Positions 1-11,596 of a stretch of DNA of 64,000 nucleotides are shown here, in pieces; the first letter of the stretch is position 1, and the number at the start of each line of letters is the position of its first letter. This DNA is from Schizochytrium sp. TIO01 (taxonomy: Eukaryota > Protista > Bigyra: Labyrinthulomycetes). The position numbers and the translations under genes are program-made. The stretch spans positions 2,542,001 to 2,606,000 of the forward strand of contig SMSO01000032.1 of NCBI GenBank assembly GCA_004764695.1, written 5' to 3'. The notes below the pieces were generated by a model. That model was not told the origin of the DNA. It ran no database searches and worked only from the letters and a program-made list of their open reading frames with translations.

Positions 1-114
1 GGAAAAAGAACAAAAGAAAGTTGAGCTGTGATCTGTCCGAGAAGAGTTCTTGTAGAGCCTGCTGTAAAATTCCTTTTGTGTAATTATTAAGCAAAGGCAA
101 ACGACTCGATTATC

Positions 115-1335
115 ATGGGCCAGTCTGGGTCTGTGAGTGAATATGCTACGGTTCGAGTTGCTCTAGATCAAACTTTGGCTGTGCCTGGGGATGTAGTTGA
201 AGGTCATATTTCTGCTGTGGTTATTGCAAGGACTAAGCTTTCTGAGGTAATCGCACGACTCAGATGCACAGTGGTTACAGGTGCTGATACAGATCAAGGC
301 AAAGCTGTCTTAGTTGATCAACTGATAACATGCAAAAAGTATCCCCAAGGCTACCTCGACCCTGGAACTTATCACTTTCCTTTTAGGTTTCACCTGCCAC
401 GAGATGCACCACCATCAGTCAACTTTGAGCACCTCGATCGGAGCTCCGGGGATCTTGTAAAGCTGTGCGTTGCATACAGTGTAAACGCTGAGATACGAAT
501 TCCTTCCTGGTTTGGAGGAAAACAAGTTCTGCATAAGCAACCACTCGAAGTGAATGCGACTCCAGCCATTGCTCCAATTTCAACGAGTAGAATGATTGCC
601 AAGGTCGATAGTGGCTTTGCGTTTCTTCGAACTCATGGGGGTATCCATGTCAATGCCTTTTGTATCCCTTCATGTGTGCGCCCAGGTGAAACATGCGCAG
701 TAACTGTACACATGTACAACAATACCAATGCTGCGTTCGTGCTACGCCAAACAAAGTTGGAACAAACCATTCGAGTTCAGACAAGGCTGTTATCCAAAGA
801 ACACACACAAAAGTGGACATTACACCAAAGCACGACTGTTGAGACTGAAGAAGAGTATAAGGACCCGAATGATGACAGTGAAGTCAAGGTTCAGAGAGTA
901 CCTCCAAAAGAAACTGAGTTTGGAGCTCAGGGAAAAAAAACATGCGCAAGGTTCACGATTACTGTGCCTTTAAATATTCCTCACCAGAGTTTTTCGATAA
1001 AGCAGGCAAGTATTAACCACGCAGTTGTGTTTACTTTGCAACCCTGTGCCTTGCTGGGGAGCACCTACAACTTGCGACTTCCTTTGCAGATTGCACACTC
1101 CGGAGGAAACAGCCATGCGAGCCGTTCGGCTACTGTTGGTGCATCTTCGCAGGTTGCCCGTGCTGTGCATGCAAGTGATTTCTATGGAGATGATGCAGAT
1201 GTCCCTCTCGCTATGCCAGTTCCTGCTCCATCTGCACCACCATTACCAAATGCCGATTCCGGATCATCCCTCACTTCCTCGCTCCGTGCAGACTTAACTG
1301 CTAATACAGTGTCCTCTTCAGGAAGCAAAATGTAA
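115..1335 (+). CDS. Arrestin-fold (alpha-arrestin/ARRDC-like) protein, 406 aa
   Basis: Arrestin_N-like motifs (PGDVVEGHI; LDPGTYHFPFRFHLPRDAPPS; VAYSVNAEIRIP). Arrestin_C-like segment (CVRPGETCAVTVHMYNNTN ... ITVPLNIP ... INHAVVFTL ... LRLPLQI). Low-complexity Pro/Ser tail containing PSAP. Confidence 0.85.
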   Translation: MGQSGSVSEYATVRVALDQTLAVPGDVVEGHISAVVIARTKLSEVIARLRCTVVTGADTDQGKAVLVDQLITCKKYPQGYLDPGTYHFPFRFHLPRDAPPSVNFEHLDRSSGDLVKLCVAYSVNAEIRIPSWFGGKQVLHKQPLEVNATPAIAPISTSRMIAKVDSGFAFLRTHGGIHVNAFCIPSCVRPGETCAVTVHMYNNTNAAFVLRQTKLEQTIRVQTRLLSKEHTQKWTLHQSTTVETEEEYKDPNDDSEVKVQRVPPKETEFGAQGKKTCARFTITVPLNIPHQSFSIKQASINHAVVFTLQPCALLGSTYNLRLPLQIAHSGGNSHASRSATVGASSQVARAVHASDFYGDDADVPLAMPVPAPSAPPLPNADSGSSLTSSLRADLTANTVSSSGSKM

Positions 1336-1507
1336 ATTTTCTTAGTTATAAACCTTCTCAAATACCAGAGATGTGACGCTTCCTAGTTGTCTCATTGCTG
1401 ATTTAACAGAAAAACGCAAAAAAAATATTACTTTGCTTATCTTTCTTTTTAAGTTGGACACACATGACCCAAACAGTTTTTTTATTTCTGAATTGTGCCA
1501 TACACAT

Positions 1508-2632
1508 TTATTTAGCTATATCCATGCTGCTTTCTTTTTTTTTGTGCATTTCTACAAAGTAAGGCTGGAAGGCTCGGTTATGATCAGTACGAATTGCATC
1601 CAAAAAGGCAATCTCTTCTGTAGATTTTCGAACGTGGAAACGAGACTCGGCACGGGCAATGAAAAGATCAAGCGACTTGTATCGGGGTGGTGACACTACT
1701 ATACAGCGTGAACTCTCATCCTTAAGCAAGTAGAAGATTGCATTGAGAAGATCAGGATGTAACTTATTCAAGTACAAACAATCAGAAATGAGAATTATAT
1801 CGTACTTCTCCTCATCAGCATAGTCTGCCTTTCTATCCCAAAAAATTTGTCTTGTGCTAATCGGTAGATTTTGAAGGTGATTCACTTGTAAGTGCTCGCA
1901 AGCAAGTTTCAGACATGCCTGACTCCCATCGCTTAGGCAAATAGATGCGCCAGTAGGTAAACAACGAGCAAGCAAAAGACCTGCTAGACCGCAAAATCCA
2001 GCACCAAGCTCCAGGATATTTTTATGGGCAAACTCTTCCGCATGAAAAAGCAAATAGGCACCCAAAACTTCCTCGGAAGGGTAGAGCTTGAGTAAACCTG
2101 TTGTATCTACATCTGACTCTTCTACTCGAGTACCGACCTGATCTGCATGTTCGAACTTTGGGCGGACCACTTGAATAGCGTCGAAGGTTGGGAGCTTCAG
2201 ATTTCCGGATTGGTTCTTCATATTTGAATGCCATCCTGAAAAAGTCAGCCTGGTTCCAGTCGCAGTTACCTCACAGATTTTCTCAAAGAGTCCAAGCTCG
2301 AGCTCTGGAACATCGACAAAAAGTTTTGCCCGAGATGCTGAAAACACAGCTCGACGAAGCCTTGCCCATTTGTTAGACTCCTCTGCTTTCCCTTCCAATA
2401 ACACATTGGAGGAGACACGTTGGTTTCCACTGATTGTTTCGCTCAAGTCGGGAGCTCGCAATTGCTCCTGTGTTTTCTCTGGTTGACTTTCTTCTTGTTG
2501 CTGTTTTTGAACGTCATCTTGGCTATCTCCCCTTATAGCACCAACGGTCAAGGTGGGATTTTTCGGGACTGCGGCACTGTCTGCCACAGGAAACTCATTT
2601 TGCGTGGCGCCGATGTCTTTCCCCTCCTCCAT
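1508..2632 (-). CDS. CAMKMT: Calmodulin-lysine N-methyltransferase-like protein (Methyltransf_16 family); the ORF extends upstream to an alternative ATG at 2725
   Basis: KWARLRRAV, DTTGLLKLYPSEEVL, ILELGAGFCGLAGL (SAM motif I), LSDG, DIILISDCLY and SPPRYKSLDLF occur in the same order as CaM-KMT motifs. The start at MEEGKD (2632) is a guess. Confidence 0.8.
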   Translation of the reverse strand: MEEGKDIGATQNEFPVADSAAVPKNPTLTVGAIRGDSQDDVQKQQQEESQPEKTQEQLRAPDLSETISGNQRVSSNVLLEGKAEESNKWARLRRAVFSASRAKLFVDVPELELGLFEKICEVTATGTRLTFSGWHSNMKNQSGNLKLPTFDAIQVVRPKFEHADQVGTRVEESDVDTTGLLKLYPSEEVLGAYLLFHAEEFAHKNILELGAGFCGLAGLLLARCLPTGASICLSDGSQACLKLACEHLQVNHLQNLPISTRQIFWDRKADYADEEKYDIILISDCLYLNKLHPDLLNAIFYLLKDESSRCIVVSPPRYKSLDLFIARAESRFHVRKSTEEIAFLDAIRTDHNRAFQPYFVEMHKKKESSMDIAK

Positions 2633-3369
2633 GTCCGTGGTTTCGTTCAATGTCTTCAGGTTTTCAACTCGAGTACGCTCATGAGCGAGGGACTTGCACG
2701 ATTTGGGATTGGTTGAAACAAACATCTTCCTTAATTCATCATATTATGTCATATGGTTTGTTGTGATTATTAAGGGGATATGAATTGACATGTACATGTA
2801 CAACTTTATGGAGGGAAAAATAATAATGGGGCGTATTTCGTTTGGTACCTTGGTAAGCTATAATTGAGGACATGTTGTCGCAAGCAATTATCAGGCTAGG
2901 CATAGGTAGATAGAAGAAACACAGATCAAACGAAACTCAACGATTTTGTATTCGAAGACCTGGAGATATTCTGGAAAAAGTAATGGTTGATGAATAAATA
3001 TCTTACAGTCTGCAAAGTTTGTAAAAAATCAATTGTATCTAAACTATCATAGCTGTTGAAAGACCACAGGGAAAACACGAATGAGAATTTTGAAAGAAAA
3101 AAGATACCGTAGCATTCACCAATACTGTACTGATCATACGTAGTATGTATAGGGTGCTTTGCACTGCAAGGAATGTAGTAGAATAAATGCAAGATTTCAA
3201 ACCTTCAAATGGCATCTCTGAGACCCAGTATCGTTGAGTTCGGAAAATATAACCCAACTGCGGCTATAAAGACTATCTGCATTACTAAAGTCTTACTAAG
3301 GAAAATATGCATACATTTTATTTTCTCATCAAAACAAGATAGGACTAAATAAAAACAGGAGATCACTAC

Positions 3370-6300
3370 CTATGATGAGTTGTCGACTAGCGCTTGACGG
3401 GCTGCGAAAGTATTAAAGATATGCTCAAGAGAGGTGACACTGAGACTGTAACCTTGTATTCCAGCCTCCTCACGCGCAGACTCAATGATACCAAACATAT
3501 CAGAAAGCTTGAGGTTTTCTTGAGCAGGAAGATTGTATCTGAGACGAAGACCAACACGTTCAAGAAGCTTCTTTCCAGGAAATTTAGCTTCTAATATTTC
3601 ATTCAAACGATCGAAAGCACGCTCTACCAAAAGCCATTCAGCGAGATTAGAAGCTAAAACGTGACCTCGGCCGACTGTTAACTGCTGGTGAAGGGCTGAT
3701 GCGCTACCTTGGTCGCAAAACCCATTCTCGTATAGTTCCTTTGCATGCGCTGCCTGGACTGCATCTAGGACTTGGCTCTGTGAGAGTTTTTCATGCGTGG
3801 TTGTTGAAAACTCATCTCGAACAACCGTGTCCACATCATCCTGTTGAGGTACACGTAGGTTGACCTCAAGTTGAAATCCAGAACCGTACTTCGTCTTGAG
3901 ACGGAGTGCACTACCCAGGCATCGGAGACGGCCATCAACCATGATGGCTATTCTAGTTGAAACTGCCTCAGCTTCCTCCATGGAATGGGTAGTAAGGAGA
4001 ACCGAGGTTCGCTTTGTGAGCCTAGCAATGACATCGAGTAAAAATCGACGAGCAGCCGGGTCAACTCCAGCGCTTGGCTCGTCTAGCATTATAATAGCTG
4101 GTGTGCCTAGACTCGCTATCGCTACACTTAACTTCCGTTTATTACCACCAGAGTAAGTCATGGAGAGCTTGTCTGCGTGAATTTTCAAGTTCATCTCACT
4201 CAAAGTGCTCTCAATCAAAGGTTGAAGAACTTGCTCTGGGATGCCTTTCACGCGTCCATAGAACTCGAGGTGCTCCCGCCCTGTAAGGCGATCAAAGAGC
4301 GCATCAAATTGTGGGCAATATCCGATCGATTGCTGTGCGCTGACAGTTTGTTCCATAATGTCAAAACTGTCGATATAGATGTGCCCACTTGTAGGAGAAT
4401 GCTCCCCAGATATCATTTGCATGGTGGAGCTCTTGCCGGCTCCATTGATACCCAATAGACCGAAACATTCATTGTGACGAATACCAAAGCTGATGTCTTT
4501 CACCGCAACTTTATCTGGAGTCAATGCAGTTCCTGGATAAACCTTACGAGCATGCTGGAGAACCACCACGTTCTCTCCGGATTTATTAACTCGAACATTA
4601 AGACCCTCCACGCGTTCCCGTTCAGCCATTACATCCTCATCTTCGATATCGTCTCCATGTGTGCGATCGGTATCTCCTAAAGCAGGATTCTTAACCGGTG
4701 GCTGCGTCTTTTGACAAGCCTTGCACGGGAGCGTGCAGAACCGACGTAAACACCCGCGACCTTGGCCTTGAAAGGAACATCCGCTTCCGCAGCAAAGACC
4801 GTTTCGGAATCGCATTTGCAGTAAAACTAACAAACCGGTATATGCAAAACTTTCCACGATGAGGTAGACCATGTCTGCACCTGCTATTTTCATGTCATAG
4901 ATCCCATAGTCAACAGGATTACTTGGGTCCCCACCACGTTCTTCTGAATTATACAAATAATTAAGAATCTGGACATTCGCAACGTTTAAAAGACCATAGC
5001 AAAATGCAAAGCTTGGGAGTAGGCGATAGACGTAGACAAGACTCTGATTTACTTCAAACGTGGACTCGATGAAAGTCATGATGAAGGCCACAATGACAAG
5101 GACCATGCCACCCAGGATGTTGATGAGGATCATTCCAAATTGTGAGTACTTGTAATTACTGAACATGAACGTACAGCAGTATGTGAAACTGGTAATTGAT
5201 ATCCCGTAAAAGATAAAGAGGATTGCAGTTGCACCAAATTCCTTCTTCAATGCTGTTACATCAAAGGCCACCAAAAGAATCCACGTGATGATCATTGGCA
5301 CAAGGTAAGTGCAAAAGTCAAAAATCCAGTTGGCAGTCCAGTACGCAAGTGGTTTAATGCCATTTAGGACTTGCTGGTGCCAACTCCGCTGCTCTTTTTC
5401 GCGTACAATGAATACCGCGTAGTAAGAAGGCACAAACGAGAATGCAATAGCTAGGGCTAACGTTGCTGAGAAAGCAGAAAACCCCTCTATAATTTCTGTC
5501 TCAGCTTTAGTTGACGGAAGCGGAAAATTTGCTGTCGAGATTGTTGCCGATGACCCTGAGCCTTGCAAAAGTGCTGCATTTCCACGATTCATCATGATCG
5601 GCGCAGAGTTTACACCAGTGAAGTTGTATACAATTGTGTACTCAGCTTCGACAGTTGATAAATCACCTGTAGAAGAGCCTCCAAATATTGCTTCGGGGAC
5701 GATCCCAAAGAGCAAAGCACCGTATCGTGATCCTTGAGCCTGATAGGTTGTTGTTAGCAAATTTTCCGAAAACGTAAGGGTCGTTGCGTTATACTCGCTG
5801 TCTTGAGTGCAACTAGCAGGAACACTGCCAGAAGTCAATTGTTCAATCAAAGTTGCGGGGATGCTTTGACCCGTCAGCGCAGAAATATAGTATACGAGTT
5901 GCTCATCCAATTCTGTTGGTCGACAATAGGTTGTGGTGGGCCCAATATCGCTGAATGATTGTGTGCGATCGATGCGGGTAAGTGAGAGATTATTCATCCA
6001 AGCCTGCGTCGCACTTGCCGAAAGGGACTCTCCCTCACCCAAGTTAAATGGTACAGGATTTGAAAGGTTTTGGTCGATGTTCCACTCATTGGTTGAAGCA
6101 TCAAACCAAATGGCCTCGGAATCAGATGAGAATGTAAGCTTCATCGCAAGAAACCCGAGCACCAGAAAAATCAGTGGGATAAAGAGCTGGCAGCACCAAG
6201 CTGTGCGGTCACGCTTCACATATCGAATGCGTTTGTACAGGATTGCACGTATATGAATCAAATTCGAGGATCCTCTTTGAGCTTGGATCTGCCTGGCTTC

Positions 6301-9289
6301 ATCGTCTAGTTTCATCACTGGCACGCTAGCTTGGGTACTGTCTGTGGTGTTGTGGTGACGCAGAGTGTTTTCAGGGGATAATGGTTTACTTTCTGAATGT
6401 TTGTCTACTGCTTCTGGCTTCACTGTAAGCACAGTCGCATCAACAATCTGCCCCACACTTGAAGAGGACTTTTCCGTATCTTTTAAAAGACTATCACAAA
6501 GACCATCTTCATGTAGCTCTCCGCCATCGCTTAATGATGATGCTAAACGCCCAACAGACATGCTAGATTTGGCCCGCTCAAAAATGTTTTCAGTGCCCTC
6601 CGCAACTCGTAGAAATACGTTCTCAAGACTTGTAACAGAAATTCCTACATTCACAATACCAAGACGATCTGCATTGCGCTCCAGCTCCGCAAGCATTGGC
6701 TGGAACTTCGGAGAAGCGGCAAGAGGAAGCTGCAACATGATCTCTGTGCCCACATCTGATAGAACCTCCGCACTGGGGACATGCCGAGCCACCATATTCA
6801 CAACCTCCACACGGTTTGCCTCATTACCATCATCTGCCTTCTCAATGGTCATCTGATACCCTACACCAAATATCTTCTTCAGATACAGGCTCGTACCAAT
6901 GCAACGCAGCTTACCCTCGGACATGATCGCAATTCGATCTCCTAGCAAGTCCGCCTCGTCCATGTAGTGAGTCGTCAAGATAATGGTACGCCCTTCACGA
7001 AACCGCTCGATAGTCTTCCAAGTAAATGTACGACTGTAGGGATCTTGTCCACTTGTGGGCTCATCCAGGATGACGAGCTTACTGTTTCCGAGTAGAGCAA
7101 TGCCGAGATGCAGCTTGCGCTTCATGCCACCTGAGAGGCTTTTTGAGAGTGCGTTCGTCTTGGGTGTGAGGCCAACTTCTGCAATCATTTCTGAGATGGC
7201 CTTGTCCATTTCGTTCTTGGGAACGCCTTTGATACCGGCGTATATTTTGAAGTGTTCGAGAACTGTAAGATTGGGAAAGAGGATATTGGCTTGTGGACAA
7301 ACGCCGAGGCTGCCACGGATGGCTGCCATGTCGGAGCTGATTCTGTTTCCCGCCGATGTACGCATCACCGTGGGTTGGTGAGATGACACCTGTAAGCAAA
7401 TTGGAAAGTGTGGTCTTACCAGCCCCGTTGTGGCCAAGCAAAGCAAGAATCTGGCCTTCGTAGATGGTAAACGATATATCATCGTTAGCATTCAGCTTAC
7501 CACGGGGTGTTTTAAACGTCTTTGTAAGCCCGTTGATCATGACACAGCGTCCTTCAGAGCGTAGCTCCTGTACACTGCGAGGAACTTGCTCGAAGTTTGC
7601 TGTCTCATTGTTGGCAAGCTCATTTTCGATTTGAGTTTGATTTTCAACGATTTCAGCATAGTCTTTGCTCCCGACCTTACGCCCGCGACGAGAACGCAAG
7701 CATCCGCAAAGGCACGGCCAGTACCACTTAATTCGAGCTGCACCGGAGCTTGAAGGAATAGCAGCATCCAAGTAAATAGCTAGTACAAGGTACAAAATAG
7801 TGTCAAACACCAACATACCAAGACAGCTCGTAAGGGTATAGCCTCCTGAACTCGATCGCCCAGCATTTTCCCATGTCAGGGGCACCAGGCCTCCTTCGTA
7901 TTCCGAGAATGGGATTGTGCCTAAGGAAAATGCTGAGGATGGAATCAGAGATATTAGAATTTGGGCACCAACTGGAGCTGTAGACTCACTCAGTGGAATG
8001 AACAGAAAGTAACCAATGAAGTAGATTAGAAGACCCACGATGATTGCGAGTGTTGTACGCTCAAAGATTGCCGCGATGAAAAAGGCGTACGATAATGATG
8101 AGTAGAGAAAGAGAACAAAGTATACAAAAATGACACTAGGTTCAGCTAGAGTAAACACGTTGATCATGGACACACCTGTGAGTACGGCTGCCATAATCAA
8201 GTAAAATACTAAGTAAAAGGTCACCCAGGCAGCCATGTAGGCCAAAGGATTCAAGCCCATAATGTACATCAATTCTCGTGTACGAGTTTCTTTGAGGCTG
8301 ACAAATTCGAGAATAATCATCGCAACGGGAAAGAGCAAGCTCAATACCAGGAAGATTGCAAATGTGGAGCCAGCTGCTGACCAAAATGAATCGCTTTTGT
8401 ACGCAAGTGTTGGCATGGCTAATAAGTTTGTACGAAGGGTGACATTACTCGATCCCAACTCTTGTGTTAGGATGAAAGAATCAACCTCTTGCTGCACTGT
8501 GAGAAAGCCTGACATCAAGTATTGCATGGAATAAGACGTTGTCCCACGATCCAGATCATCAGTATTTTGAACATCTGACGATGATGATGGCACGTTTTCA
8601 TCTGGTGCACCATCTCCATATGATGCTGTCTTATTGACCCGAATATAGTATGACCAATCCGGGCCTGCTGATTGAAATACGACTGCCAGGCCAATCCTCG
8701 GTCTTTCAGCAGTGCCATACTGATCAGATGTTATATAATTATCGAGATCTGTGTTGTCTGTAATGAGGTCGCTCGCAATATCGAGCCGACTCTGTTCTGT
8801 GAGTGTTGGGTATCGGGAAACCCAAAAATCTAAAAAGTCTGATGCTGCCTGTGCGGTGCTGGAATCGCCTGCGTTTTCTGGGATGACCACAAATTTGGGT
8901 GTTTCACAGATTGATCCGAGTCCAGATGTAAGGATAGGCGTCAAGGACGCAAGGTCTACATCCTGCAATGCATTGGTGTCACATACATACGCCATGTTCG
9001 AAAACCCATGCGAGTAAAATTCAACAAGGTTTGCTATATACCATCCTGCAGAGAGGAGGTCATCTGTGTCTGGAACTTGTTGCGTCTCGTTGTTGTAAAT
9101 GCCCACTGGACTGTTTTCCTCGTCCGACGTGGTTTTGATTCCTACTAAAGCAAACATGAGCAGGACTGGAATTGCCAGTTCTCCAAAAAATCGCAGCGGC
9201 TGCCTCGTCTTAATCAAGAAAACCATTCGCAGCTGCGCCACAAACTGGCCACAGAACGAAGCTCGTTGCGACGAGTCCATTTTGCCCAT
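3370..9289 (-). CDS. ABCA-subfamily full transporter, copy A, interrupted by a 1-bp insertion at ~7349-7351 (assembly error or recent pseudogenisation); 1972 aa if repaired
   Basis: ORFs 7079-9289 and 3370-7491 are the two halves of one TMD-NBD-TMD-NBD protein (GHNGAGKTT, LSGGMKRKL, LDEPTSG; GINGAGKS, YSGGNKRKL, LDEPSAG). The + strand reads gtttCCCgccg here but gtttCCgccg in both paralogs. Removing one base leaves 5919 nt = 1973 codons including the stop. Confidence 0.85.
6602..7468. repeat. Near-identical NBD1 block, copy A (matches 14715-15580 and 23291-24156)
   Basis: Reading the three copies side by side shows near-identity including third codon positions, while the flanks are divergent. 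Confidence 0.9.
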
Positions 9290-9749
9290 CTGTCAAATTG
9301 AAGATTTCTTCTGCAAGTCTACAAACCTGCCGTACGAAACCAATCGAATTCCCAGACTTCTTGTGACCGAAGTAAAGTAATGAAATTGCTCTGCAGACGC
9401 TCGGCAACTAGCTTGCAAATACCAGACCTCCAAGCAAACGAGCTCACGGCGACCGCTGGCAGACTTGAGGGCCGTTGCTCCCGTTGCGGGCCTGCAGCTT
9501 GACGCTGGGGCTCCGGCGTCTGCCGCAAGTGGCCTTGGGCCAGATTGGGTTTTGGTGCGGACTCAGACCCGAGGGAGCGAAGGAATGCCGGAATCGATGA
9601 AAGCTAAGACTTCAAGTTGTTCTTTCTTCGTCATGCACTGGTTTAGAGGGAGCAAGAAAAATGAAATGATGATCGTACTTCTTCCAAGTCAAACAGACCT
9701 TGTAGAGAGATGAAAGAAAGAAATGCGCAATACAAAGTAGGTCGCTATC

Positions 9750-9774
9750 TAGGTACCTACCTACCTACCTACCT
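9750..9774. repeat. TAGGTACCTA palindrome running into a short (CCTA)n microsatellite
   Basis: Sequence reads taggtacctacctacctacctacct. Confidence 0.8.
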
Positions 9775-11303
9775 GCGTAGGACCTCGTAGGTCTATCCAT
9801 CGAGTTTCACTTCTTCCTGTTATAGACAATCAAGAAAAACAACTTTGCAGAAGAAAAAGAGATCACGAAACTGAAGACTGAGTGGGCAGCGAGATGGTGG
9901 TTGAAAGAGCGCTAGATCGACTTATCAGCCTTCGAAGAGATGCCGAATGAAGGACTGGGCGATGTCTAAGGCAGCCGACCAAGTGCAGAATGCAAGAAAG
10001 AATGGAATTGTAAAATGTTTTTGTTATTTCACTTTATTATTTATTTATAAAATAAAACCATCAATGTGCTTATTTTCTTAAACACTTGTCTCTCTTTTTA
10101 CTTTCCGAAGGTTACAAGCACTTAGGCACAGGAAGAATAACAGTGTTTTGAAGCAGCTGCACGCCGTTATGGACAAACCAGGCAAGCCGCGGCACTAACG
10201 GCATGCATGTGTTGCAGCTCAAAAAAACAAAAAGCTCAAATCTAGAAAAAGGTATTTACAGTTGTATAGTTTTAATTGCCTAAGCCGGGACATCATATTT
10301 CAGTTTTATTTCTCTCTACGGATTTTTAAAAATGATTTATTGTTAATTTTTCTCCTACCTTTTCCCCTTTTAATAAAGCACCAAGAAAAGTAACGAAAAC
10401 TAAGTTGGTGAACGGTGAATTTTTTGGAGCTCCTCGAAACTGCGCCACTCAGGACCACTTACACTAGCTGTTCAAGGAATATACGGCATCTCTGAAAACC
10501 TATTCTGGGAGAGTAAGAGGGTTTTGGTTCGTTAATTGGGGCGGAGATACGGCGAAGGGTTCGCTGAGGGATATTGAGGTCCAGTCTGTTGCTCGTGTTG
10601 TTCTTGTTGCTTCTTTCTCTTGGGACTTCTTCAACTTGTCGAAAGTGACCACGAGACGAAGCTCAGTTGAAAAGAGATGAACGCAACTTGCCAAGAACCT
10701 CGAGTCCAAGTCAAATACAATAATCTCCTCAAAACCTCGATCGATGCTTCCTAGCAAAGAAAGATAACTCTGAAGGGAGCTGCTACTCGTCCTCGCATTC
10801 CTTCTCATGTTGGATAAATAAGTCCATCGGAACAGAGAATATTGAGCTGAGCACGGGCACCTCCAGGGCTGCAATTCGTTTGTAGAAGGGTAAAACTTGC
10901 ATGGCCACTCCAAGTTCGTGCGCAGGCACTACGTTGGACTTGATCGTTAGAGAATCGGCCTGTTCGCCTTTGCCAGTAGCCTGCCTGGGCGATGGACATG
11001 AAGCAAGAGATAGGGGTTTTCAATCTGTTATTGCAGGTCTCTTATCTTTGAAACACCAAGTCCAAATCTTAGGTGATATCGAACCTTGCGGCAGAACTCG
11101 TACTTCCGTTTGAACATCAATCGAAGGAACCGAGGAACGTTTCTTGAAACTACTACCTCCTTTCTGCAATTGTGGCCGACTTGACGACGCTAATATTTCG
11201 ACATATTGTTGTCATTCTCACTGTACTCAGGCTGTGTCAAACGGCTTGAAGGTACCTACTGTGTGTAAGGTACTTTTACACTGTGGAAAGTGTTTAGGTG
11301 AAT

Positions 11304-11373
11304 TGAATGAATGAATGAATGAATGAATGAATGAATGAATGAATGAATGAATGAATGAATGAATGAATGAATG
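11304..11373. repeat. (TGAA)n tetranucleotide microsatellite
   Basis: About 17 perfect units. Confidence 0.95.
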
Positions 11374-11596
11374 GGCTGGACAAGGGAGTTAAAAATAACA
11401 CTGTCAGCAAGATTCATTTAATGTTGGCCCAGGATCAGGATCAAGACCAGGAGTTTTTTTATTTTGTTTCCTAACCTAATTCATGTGTACTTGCACCATT
11501 TTAGCACCACAAGTCCAGTAACAGTATCTTTTTCAAACCAAGCACATCTTTAAGCAATTGAAAATAAATGGTCCCTTGTACAAAATATTGATGTAA

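Noticed and set aside
7079-7491. Overlap of the two ABCA copy A ORFs as programmed ribosomal frameshifting or two half-transporters
   Set aside because: There is no slippery heptamer, and the paralogs show a plain 1-bp insertion in the middle of NBD1.
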